A DNA stretch of 64,000 nucleotides from Pristiophorus japonicus. Its lineage: Eukaryota. Positions 11,893 to 22,699 of the stretch are shown here, piece after piece; position 1 is the stretch's first letter, and each line of letters starts with the position of its first letter. The stretch is from NCBI RefSeq assembly GCF_044704955.1, contig NC_091999.1, positions 48,050,001 through 48,114,000 of the forward strand, written 5' to 3'. The position numbers were made by a program, and so were the translations under genes. The notes below the pieces were generated by a model that was not told where the DNA came from, searched no databases, and saw nothing but the letters and a program-made list of their open reading frames with translations.

Positions 11893-11964
11893 ACATTCGT
11901 TGGAATAGTGCTAAGTATCCCGGCCTGTTATGCAGAAGACAGAGTTTCAATTCCCAACGGGCAG
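11893..11964 (+). pseudogene. tRNA-Asp-derived pseudogene
   Basis: TCGTTGGAATAGTGCTAAGTATCCCGGCCTGTTATGC...TTCAATTCCCAACGGG. Confidence 0.7.
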
Positions 11965-12151
11965 GAAGCTTTTTCAAAATGCAGGATTTTACTTCTGTTT
12001 CTTGGTATAGATTAATATTAAAAAGTTCCAGAGCAATGCAGAATAGTAAAAATATAGGAAGAGGAGATTTTTTCAGAATTCTGTGTCATCTGCTGCAGAG
12101 AGGTGGATGACTGAGTTTTATCTGAGTAACATTTAAATAAATAACGAGTCA

Positions 12152-12233
12152 GTAGTCGTGGGCAAGAGGTTACAGCGATGAACTCGAAAATCCATCGTAT
12201 TTTTCGCCTAAAGGTGGAATCCTGCCGACTACG
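12152..12233 (+). pseudogene. tRNA-Ser-derived pseudogene
   Basis: GTAGTCGTGG...AATCCAT...GAATCCTGCCGACTACG; internal boxes decayed. Confidence 0.75.
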
Positions 12234-12991
12234 ATTCTCAGCATTTTCATTCCATTTCACAATTTAACCAGGTCTCTGCAAAACTCATCCTGGGATAGAT
12301 GGAATAACGTCCCACACCTTTCAAAACTGTCATTTTTTAAATCATTTTTATTAAACTGCAATTTTCACGATACTTACGTATAGAAAAACGCAAAAATTAG
12401 CCAAAGTTGCGACAGTGATTCAGCCTGTCTATCCCTCTATATGTCTAAGACATATAGAGGGATAGACATGTCCGTTGGTGCGAGTATATTTTTGCTTATG
12501 TGTGTGTGTGTCTGTGTCTCTCTATCGGGTATATATATATATCTGTGTATGTGCAACTGTCTGTATAAATCATCACCATGAATTTGGTATGTCATGGAAT
12601 TTTTTAAAAGATTTGATGAAAATAATACGGTTGTGAACTTTGGTATCGGCTTTGGTTCAGTGGCGGTATTCTCGACTGAATCAGGAGTTTGTGTGTTTAA
12701 GTCCCACTCCTGAGACTTGAGCAGATAATCTTGGCAGACACTCAAGTGCAGTACTTGGGGAATTTTGCACTGTTGAAGCTGTTGACTTTCGGAAGAAATG
12801 TTAAATTAAAGCTCCGTCTGCACCCTCGGGTGGATCACAGCATTACTCGAAAAAGAATAGGAGAGTTGCCCCTGTGTCAATATTATTAAAATGTTCCGAA
12901 ATGCTCACTGAAACCCGATGTGTATGTGTGTGTCTGTGGGGTGGAGTTGAAGCCCAGATTCTCACAGAGACAGAATCGAAACACTGGAAGG

Positions 12992-13073
12992 ACCAGGATG
13001 GCCGACTGGTTAAGACGCCAGCCTTAAAATTCAATGAGATTTTCCCACGAGAGTTCGTACCCCACTCCTCGAA
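12992..13073 (+). pseudogene. tRNA-Leu(TAA)-derived pseudogene
   Basis: ACCAGGATGGCCGACTGGTTAAG...CTTAAAA...GTTCGTACCCCACTCCT. Confidence 0.75.
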
Positions 13074-13490
13074 TCTCTTTGATTTATCACTGATTTTGCC
13101 CCATGCTGATCAGTGATACCTGAGTTTCATCTGCAGAATCAACAATTTTCTGTTACTCTGTGACACTCTGAGCCGATCATGAAATGAAATTGTGAAATGT
13201 ATCTGTGTATCTCAGTCTCTGCCTTTCTGTCTTTAGAGAGCTGTGCATGTGTTTGTGTGCTTGAGTCTGAGTCTGCCTCTCTCTGACTCACTCTGTTTGT
13301 GCCTGTTTCTCTGTTTGTCTCTGTCTCTCAATCTGTCTCTTTCTCACGGTGCCCACGTCTGTTCCAATAGGATTCTCTCAGACTCTCTGTCTGACTGTCT
13401 CTCTCTTTCCCATCATGTCTGCCCATGTCTTTGCCTGTCTCACTTTGTCCCTGTCTCTAACCTGATGAGTATTTTCATCATTTTCAGTTT

Positions 13491-15458
13491 TAGATACATA
13501 GAAACATAGAAAATAACTGCAGGATTAGGCCATTAGGCCCCTCGAGCCTGCGCCGCCATTCAATATGTTCATGGCTGACCATTCCTTCAGTTCCCCTTTC
13601 CTGCTTTCTCTCCATAACCCTTCACCCCCTTATCCGTAAGTGCCATATCTAACTCCCTCTTGAATATATCCAATGAACTGGCATCAACAACTCTCTGCGG
13701 CAGGGAATTCCACAGGTCAACAACTCTGAGTGAAGAAGTTTCGCCTCATCTCAGTGCTAAATGGCCTACCCCTTATCCAAAGACTATGTCCCCTGTTTCT
13801 GGACTTCCCGAACATCGAGAACTTTCTTCCCGCATCTAACCTGTACAGTCCCGTCAGAATCTTATATATTTCTATGAGATCCCCTCTCATCATTCTAAAC
13901 GCCAATGAATAAAGGCACAGTTGATCCAATCTCTCCTCATATGACAGTCCTGCCATCCCTGGAATCAGTCTGTTGACAATATCGGCCGAGTCAGCATGGA
14001 TTTATGAAAGGGAAATCATGCTTGATGAAACTTCTGGAATTTTTTGAGGATGTAACGAGTAGAGTGGACAAGGGAGAACCAGTGGATGTGGTGTATTTGG
14101 ACTTTCAATAGGCTTTTGACAAGGTCCCGCACAAGAGATTGGTGCACAAAATCCAAGTGCATGGTATTGGGATTAAGGTACTGGCGTGAATAGAGAACTG
14201 TTTGGCAACTGGTTTGCTGCACTCCCTCAATAGCAAGAACGTCCTTCCTCAGACTAGGAGACCAAAACTGAACACAATATACCAGGTCTGGCCGCCTCAC
14301 TCAGGCCTTGTACAACTGCAGTAAGGTCTCCCTGCTCCTATATTCAAATCCCCTAGCTATGAAGGCCAGCATGCCATTTGCCTTCTTTACCGCCTGCTGT
14401 ACCTGCGTGCCCGCTTTCAGTGACTGATGAACCATGACACCCAGGTCTCGTTGCACCTCCCCTTTTTCTAGTGTGCCGCCATTCAGATAATATTCTGCCT
14501 TTGTGTTTTTGCCCCCAAAATGGATAACCTCACATTTATCCACATTATACTGCATCTGCCGTATAATTGCCCACTCATCTAATCTGTCCAAGTCACCCTG
14601 CAGCCTCTTAGCATCCTCCTCACAGCTCGCAATACCACCCAGTTTAGTGTCATCCGCAAACTTGGAGATATTACACTCTATTCCTTCAACCAAATCGTTA
14701 ATGTATATTGTAAAGAGTTGGGGTCCCAGCACTGAGCCCTGCGGCACTTCACTAGTAGCTGCCTGCCATTCTGAAAAGGACCTGTTTATCCCGATTCTCT
14801 GCTTCCTGTCTGCCAACCAGTTCTCTATCCACATCAGTACATTAATCCCAATATCATGCGCTGGGATTTTGTGCACCAATCTCTTGTGCGGGACCTTGTC
14901 AAAAGCCTATTGAAAGTTCAATACACCACATCCACTGGTTCTCCCTTGTCCACTCTACTCGTTACATCCTCAAAAAATTCCAGAAGATTCCTCAAGCATG
15001 ATTTCCCGTTCATAAATCTATGCTGACTCGGTCCGATCCTGTCAGTGCTTTCCAAATGGGCTGCTATTTCATCCTTAATGATTGATTCCAAAATTTTCCC
15101 CACTACTGATGTCAGGCTAACCGATTTATATTTACCCGCTTTCTCTCTCCCTCCTTTTTTAAAAAGTGCCATCACATTAGCTACCCTCTAGTCAATAGGA
15201 ACTGATACAGAGTCGATAGATTGTTGGAAAATGATCAGCAATGCATCCACTATTTCCAGGGCCACTTCCGTAAGTACTCTGGGATGCAGACTATCAGGAC
15301 CCAGGGATTTATCGGCCATTATTCCCATCAATATCCCTAATACAATTTCCCGCCAATAAGGATATCGTTCAGTTCCTCATTCTCACTAGACTCACAGTCC
15401 CCTGGTACATTTTGAAGGTTTTTTGTATCTTCCTTTGTAAAGACAGAACCGAATTATT
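13491..15458 (-). mobile_element. 5'-truncated CR1 LINE (RT region) with an internal inverted duplicate segment
   Basis: VPQGSVLGPQLFTIYINDL...SKFADDTKLGG RT motifs; (catagaaa)n tail at 13491-13510. Confidence 0.95.
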
Positions 15459-15509
15459 TTCTCTATCTCTCTCTATATCTGTCTTTCTCTCTATCTGTCT
15501 CCCCCTTTG

Positions 15510-17946
15510 AACATAAGAACATAAGAACATAATAGTTAGGAACAGGAGTAGGCCATCTAGCCCCACGAGCCTGCCCCGCCATTCAATAAGATCATGGCTG
15601 ATCTGGTCGTGGACTCAGCTCCACTTACCCGCCCTCTCCCCGTAATCCTTAATTCCCTTATTGGTTAAAAATCTATCTATCTTTGACTTGAAAACATTCA
15701 ATGAGCTAGCCTCAACTGCTTCCTTGGGCAGAGAATTCCACAGATTCACAACCCTCTGGGAGAATAAATTTTTTCTCAACTCGGTTTTAAATTGACTCCT
15801 CCGTATTTTGAGGCTGTGCCCCCTAGTGCTAGTCTCCCCGACCAGTGGAAACAATCTCTCTGCCTCTATCTTGTCTATCCCTTTCATGATTTTAAATGTT
15901 TCTATAAGATCACCCCTCATCCGTCTGAACTCTAAGGAGTAAGGACCCAGTCTACTCAATCTATCATCATAAAGAAACCCCCTCATTTCTGGAATCAGCC
16001 TAGTGAATCGTCTTTGTACCCCTTCCAAAGCTAGTGTATCCTTCCTTAAGTAATGTGACCAAAACTGCACGCAGTACTCCAGTTGCGGCCTTACCAAATC
16101 TTATACAGTTGCAGCAAGACCTCCCTGCTTTTGTACTCCATAACTTTCGCAATGAAGGCCAATACTCCATTCGCCTTCCTGATTACCTGCTGTACCTGCA
16201 AACTAACCTTTTGGGATTAATGCACAAGGACCTCCAGGTCCCTTTGCACCACAGCATGTTGTAATTTCTCCCCATTCAAATAATATTCCCTTTTACTGTT
16301 TTTTTTCCCAAGGTTGATGACCTCACACTTTCCGACATTGTATCCCATCTGCCAAACCTTAGCCCATTCGCTTAACCTATCCAAATCTCCTTGCAGTCTC
16401 TCTGTGTCCTCTGCACAACCCGCGTTCCCACTATTCTTAGTGTCATCTGCAAATTTTGTTGCACTACACTCTGTCCCCTCTACTAGGTCATCCATGTATA
16501 TTGTAAACAGTTGTGGTCCCAGTATTGATCTCTGTGGCACACCACTAACCACTGATTTCCAACCAGAAAAGGACCCATTTTTCCCGACTCTCTGCTTTCT
16601 GTTCGCCAGCCAATTCTCTATCCATGTTAATATATTTCCTCTGACTCCGCGTACATTTATCTTCTGCAGTAACATTTTGTGTGGCACCTTGTCGAATGCC
16701 TTTTGGAAATCTAAATACGCCACATTCATCGGTACACCTCTATTACCATGCTTGTTATATCCTCAAAGAATTCCAGTAAGTTGGTTAAACATGATTTCCA
16801 TTTCATGAATCCATGCTGCGTCTGCTTGATTGCACTATTCCTATCTAGATGTCCCGCTAGTTCTTCCTTAATGGTAGCTTCAAGCATTTTCCCCACTACA
16901 GATGTTAAACTAACCGGCCTATAGTTACCTGCCTTTTGCCTGCCCCGTTTTTTAAACAGAGGCGTTACATTAGCTGCTCTCCAGTCCGCTGGTACCTCCC
17001 CAGAGTCCAGAGAATTTTGGTAGATTATAACCAATGCATCTGCTATAACTTCAGCCATCTCTTTTAATACCCTGGGATGTATTTCATTAGGACCAGGGGA
17101 CTTGTCTACCTTCAGTCCCATTAGCCTGTCCATCAGTACTCCCCTTGTGATAGTGATTGTCTCGAGGTCCTCCCTTCCCACATTCCTGTGGCCTGCAAAT
17201 TTTGGCATTGTTTTTGTGTATTCCACTGTGAAGGCGGAAGCAAAATAATTGTTTAAGGTCTCAGCCATTTCCACATTTCCCATTATTAAATCTCCCTTCT
17301 CATCTTCTGAGGGACCAACATTTACTTTAGTCACTCTCTTCCGTTATATATATCGGTAAAAGCTTTTACTATCTGTTTTTATATTTTGCGCCAGTTACTT
17401 TCGTAATCTATCTTTCCTTTCTTTATTGCTTTCTTAGTCATTCTTTGCTGTCGTTTAAAATTTCCCCAATCGTGTAGTTTCCCACTAACCTTGGCCACCT
17501 TATACGCATTGGTTTTTAATTTGATACTCTCCTTTATTTCCTTGGTTATCCACGGCTGGTTATCACTTCTCTTGCCGCCCCTCTTTTTCACTGGAATATA
17601 TTTTTTTGCGCACTATGAAAGAGCTCCTTAAAAGTCCTCCACTTTTCCTCAATTGTGCCACTGTTTAGTCCTTGTTTCCAGTCTACTTTAGCCAACTCTG
17701 CCCTCATCCCACTGTAGTCCCCTTTGTTTAAGCATCGTACTCTCGTTTCTGATACAACTTCCTCATCCTCAATCTGTATTACAAATTCAACCATATCGTG
17801 ATCACTCATTCCGAGAGGATCTTTTATGAGGAGATCATTTATTTTTCCTGTCTCATTACACAGGACCAGATCCAAGATGGCTTGCTCCCTTGTAGGCTCT
17901 GTTACATACTGTTCTAAGAAATAGTCCCGTATGCATTCTATGAATT
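15510..17946 (-). mobile_element. 5'-truncated CR1 LINE, second subfamily (end of endonuclease through RT)
   Basis: DLVLCNE...SDH, YRPVSLTSVVGK, LDFQKAFDKVPH, KFADDTK; (aacataag)n tail. Confidence 0.95.
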
Positions 17947-18602
17947 GTCTCTCTCTTTGCTCCTGTCTTTGTCCCTGTCATTCCATCACTATTTGCCTCC
18001 CTCTCTTTATGGAGCACACAAACACATCTCTGTATATGTACGTGTATGAGGCATTCTGTTATTCAGTCTGACCTTCCTCCTGTTTCCCTGTCTCTCAACT
18101 TATCTGCCTCTTTCTCACGATGTCCAGTTCTGTTCCAATGGGATTCTCTCAGTCTCTCTGTCTGACTGTCGCTCTCATTCCCAACCTCTCTGTCTGTCCA
18201 TGTCTGTACCTGTCTCTCTCTTTGCCTGTCTCTGTTAGTTCCTGTCTCTAACCTGCTGTTTCATCATTTTCTGTTTATATCTGTGCCTATCTCTCGATCT
18301 GTCACTCACTCTTTCTCTGTCTCTCTCTTTGTCACTGTCTTTCTCTCATTCTTTCCCTCTCTCTCTTTAAAGAGCACATACACACACATATCTGTATATG
18401 TGTGTGTTTGAGTCTTTTTCTCACTCAGTCTGCCTCTCCTTCTCAGTCTCATACTTTCTGTCTCACTTTGTCTCTATCTCGCTGTCTGTCTCTCCCTGTT
18501 TGTCGGTTTGTCTCTGTCTCTCAATGTGCCTGTCGACTTCTCATGTTGTCCAGTTCTGTTCACAGCTCGATTCCTGCTCTGACAAAGCAAATGCCCGTCA
18601 GT

Positions 18603-18674
18603 TCCTCGTTCGTGTAGTAGTTAGTATCCCTTCCTGTCACTCGTGAGGTCGGGGTTCAATGCCCTGATGAGGGT
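18603..18674 (+). pseudogene. tRNA-Asp(GTC)-derived pseudogene retaining the GTC anticodon
   Basis: TCCTCGTTCGTGTAGTAGTTAGTATCCC..CCTGTCAC...CGGGGTTCAAT. Confidence 0.75.
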
Positions 18675-19100
18675 GGAGCTTTTTCAAAATGTTGAATATT
18701 GCTTCAAATGTCCTGGAACTTTATAAAAAGACTTGGGGAAAGTAATACGGATGTGAGATTTGGTTCAGTGGCAGCATTCTCGGCTGAATCAGGAGGTTGT
18801 GTGTGTCAGTCCTTCTCCTGAGACTTGAGCATTTAATCTTGGCTGACACTCAAATACAGTACTTGGGCAATTTTGCATTGTTGAAGCTGTTGACTTTCGG
18901 ATGAAATGTTAAATTGAAGCTCCGTCTGCACCCTTGGGTGGGTGTGAAAGTTCCCAGAGCATTACTCGAAAAAGAATAGGAGAATTGCCCCTGTGTCAAT
19001 ATTGCTGTAAATATTTGAAAATGCTCATTGAAAACCTCTGTCTGTGAGAGTGGAGCTGCAGCCCATATTCTCACAGAGACAAAATCCGAATACTGATAAA

Positions 19101-19184
19101 ACCAGGATGGCCGAGTGGTTTAGGCGTTGGACGTAAAATCCAATGGGTGTGTAGCTGTGTGTGTTCGATACCCCACTCTTGGTA
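19101..19184 (+). pseudogene. tRNA-Leu(TAA)-derived pseudogene
   Basis: ACCAGGATGGCCGAGTGGTTTAGGCGTTGGACGTAAAATCCAATGG...CCCCACTCTTGGTA. Confidence 0.78.
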
Positions 19185-19384
19185 AATCTTTAAATTGAAA
19201 CCGATTTCCTCCCATTCTGCTCAGTAATACGCAAATGTATTCTGTTGAATCTGTACATGTCGATAACTTTATAACATTCTCAACTGACAAAGAAATGGGA
19301 TTATGCAATGTTTCTGTGCCTCTCACTCTCTGTGTTAAGAGAGTCTTCATGTGTTTGTGTTTGAGTCTGACTCACTCTGTCTGA

Positions 19385-22300
19385 GGAATTTCGAGCTGAA
19401 TTTAGGGAGCCTGGAGCTAAATTAACAAATAGGACCTCAAAGGTAGCAATTTCAGGATAGCTGCCACTGACACCTGCTCGTCAGAGTAGGAATCGCAGGA
19501 TAGCTCAGATGAATGTGTGGTGCAGAATGGAGTGATTCAATTTCCTGGGACATTGGAAACGGTTCAGGGGGAGCTGGGACCAGTGCAAACCAGACGCTCT
19601 GCACCTGGGCAGAACCAATGTCCACGGGGGAGAGTTTGCTCGTGTTGTTGGGGAGGGGTTAAACGAATATGGCAGTGGGATGGGAACCTATGCAGGGAGA
19701 CAGAGGGAAGTATAATGGGGGCTGAAAAGTAAAGGTGGAGGGCAGAGAAACCCAAGGCAAAAATCAAAAAGGGCCACATTGAAGCCAAATTATAAAGAGA
19801 CAAGGTGCGGTAAGATAACAAGCCTGAAGGCACTGTGCCTCAATGCGAGGAGTATTCGTAATAAGGTGGACAAATTAACTGCACAGGCAGCAATGAATGA
19901 ATATGATGTAATTTGCATCACGGAGAAATGGCTCCAGGGTGACCAAGGCTGGGAACGCAACATCCAGGGATATTCACCAATCAGGAAGGATAGACAGAAA
20001 GGAAAAGGAGGTGGGGTGGCATTGCTGGTTGAAGAGGAAATTAACGCAATAGTAAGGAAGGACATTCGCGTGGATTCTGTGTGGGTGGAGCTGCGGAATA
20101 TCAAAGGGAAGAAAACGCTAGTGGGAGTTGTGTATCACCAAACAATAGTAGTGAGTTTGGGGACAGCATCAAACAAGAAAGCAGGGATGTGTGCAATATA
20201 GGTACAGAAGTTTATTGGGCGACTTTTATCTACATATAATTTGGCCTAACCACACTGGTAGCAATACTGTGGAGGAGGATTTGCTGGAGTGTATACGGGA
20301 TGTTTTACTTGACCAATATGTTGAGGAACCATCTGGAGGGCTGGCCATCCTAGACTGGTTGATGTGTAATGAGAAAGGACTAATTAGCAATCTTGTTGTG
20401 CGAGGCCCCTTGGGGAAGAGTAACCATAATAAGGTAGAATTCTTTGTTAAGGTGGAGAGTGAAACAATTAATTCTGAGACTGCGGTCCTGAACTTAAGGA
20501 AAGGTAACTTCGATGGTATGAGACATGAATTGGCTAGAATAGACTGGGAAATGATACTTAAAAGGGTTGAGGCCGATAGGCAATAGAAAACATTTAAAAT
20601 CACATGGATGAACTTCAACAATTGGAAATCCCTGTCTGGATTAAAAAAATAAAACGGGCAAGGTGGCTCAACCGTGGCTAACAAGGGAAATAAAGAATAG
20701 TGTTAAATCCAAGGAAGAGGCATTTAAATTGGTCAGAAAAAGCATCAAGCCGAGGACGGGGAGAAATTTAGAATTCAGCAGAGGAGGACAAAGCGTTTTA
20801 TTGCGGAGGGGGAAAATAGAGTATGAGAGGAAGCTTGCTGGGAACATAAAAACTTCTATAGATATGTGAAGAGAAAAAGATTAGTGAAGGCAAACGTAGG
20901 ACCCTTGCAGTCAGATTCAGGTGAATTTATAATGGGGAACAAAGGAACGGTCGACCAGTTGAACAAATATTTTGGCTCTGCATTCACGAAGGAAGACACG
21001 CATAACCTTCTGGAAATATTACGTGACCGAGGGGCTAGTGAGAAGCAGGAACTGAAGGAAATCCTTATTTGTGGGAAATTATGTTCGGAAAATTGGTGGG
21101 ACTAAAGGCCGATAAATCCCCTGGGCCTGATGGTCTGCATCCCAGAATATTTAAGGAAGTGGCCCTAAAAATAGTGGATGCATTGGTGATCATTTTCTAA
21201 CAGTCCATCAAGTCTAGATCAGTTCGTATGGACTGGAGGGTAGCGAATGTAACAACACATTTTGAAAAAGGAGGGAGAGAGAAAACACGTAATTGTAGAC
21301 CAGTAAGCCTGACATCAGTGGTGGGGAAAATGTTGGAATCAATTATTAAAGATGAAACAGCAGCACATTTGGAAAGCACTATCAGGATCGGTCCAAATCA
21401 GCATGGATTTATGAAAGGGAAATCATGCTTGACAAATCTTTTAGAATTTTGTGAGGATGCAACGAGTCGAGCGGACAAGGGAGAACCAGTGGATGTGGTG
21501 CAGTGGGACTTACAAAAGACTTTTGACAAGGTCCCACACAAGAGGTTGGTGTGCAAAATTAAAGCACATGGCATTGGAGGTAATGTATTGATGTGGATAG
21601 AGAACTGGTTGACAGAGTCGGGATAAACGGGTCCTTTTCACAATGGCAGGCAGTGACTAGTTGGGTGCCGCAGGGCTCAGTGCTGGGACCCCAATAATTT
21701 ACAATATACATCAATGAATTAGATGAAAGAATTGTGCATAATATCTCCAATTTTGCAGATGACATTATGCTGGATGGCGGTGTGATATGTGCGGAGGATG
21801 CTAAGAGGCTGCAGAGTGACTTGGACAGGTTCGGTGAGTGGGCAATTGCGTGGCAGATTTCTTTAATAACGATAAATGTGAGGTTATGCACTTTGGTGGC
21901 AAAAACACAAAGGCAGAATATTATCTGAATGGCGACAGATTCGGAAAAGAGGAAGTGCAACGAGATCCGGGTGTCATGGTACATCAGTCATTGAAGGTTG
22001 GCATGCAGGTGCAGCAGACAGAAAGAAGGCAAATAGCATGTTGGCCCCATATCTTGGGGATTTGAATATAGCAGCAGGGCGGTCTTGCTGCAGCTGTACA
22101 GGGCCTTGGTGAGGCCTCACCTGGAATAATGTGTTCAGTTTTGTTCTAATCTGAGGAAGGACGTTCTTGCTATTGAGGGAGTGCAGCGAAGGTTCACCAG
22201 ACTGATTTCCGGGATGGTAGGACTGACATATGAGGAGAGATTGGATCGACTGCGTCTGTATTTACTGGAGTTTAGAAGAATGAGAGGGGACCTCAGAAAC

Positions 22301-22675
22301 TTAAAATTCTGCATGGACTGGGCAAGTTAAATGCAGGAAGAACGTTCCCGATGTTGGGGAAGTCCAGAACAAGTGGTCACAGTCTAAGGACAAGGGATAA
22401 GCCATTTAGGACCGAGATGAGTTGAAACCTCTTCACTCAGAGAGTTGTTACCTGTGGAATTCTCTTCCGCAGAACGTTGTTGATGCCAGTTCATCAGATA
22501 TATTCAAGCGGGAGTTGGATATGGCCCTTGAGGTAAAGGGATCAAGGAGTATGGAGCGAAAGCAGCAAAGGGGTACTGAGGTGAATGATCAGCCATGACC
22601 TTATTGAATGTTGGTGCAGGCTCGATGGGGCGAATGGCCTATTCCTGCAACCTTTTTTCTATGTTTCTATGTTTC
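19385..22675 (+). mobile_element. Near full-length decayed CR1 LINE (3' part of ORF1, APE endonuclease, RT, tail)
   Basis: LCLNARSIRNK...ICITEKWL...GGGVALLV (APE); PQGSVLGP, FADD (RT); (tttctatg)n tail; many stops and frameshifts. Confidence 0.95.
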
Positions 22676-22699
22676 ATGGTGCATGCATCTAATGGCCCA

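Larger units (their letters stand above)
821..19385 (+). repeat. Degenerate tandem array of ~3-3.4 kb units: tRNA-Leu(TAA) - CT-rich spacer - tRNA-Asp - tRNA-Ser(AGA) - (CR1 3' fragment) - DeuSINE head
   Basis: Leu copies start at 951, 3862, 7260, 10624, 12992 and 19101 with co-linear flanks; the fifth unit is interrupted by two LINEs. Confidence 0.92.

Noticed and set aside
1150-12015. Long Ser/Leu/Cys-rich ORFs (e.g. 1150-1755, 7727-8278, 11407-12015)
   Set aside because: Translations of CT-rich low-complexity spacer; frames not conserved between units
19385-22675. Active autonomous LINE
   Set aside because: ORF2 broken by many stops and frameshifts; 5' end missing
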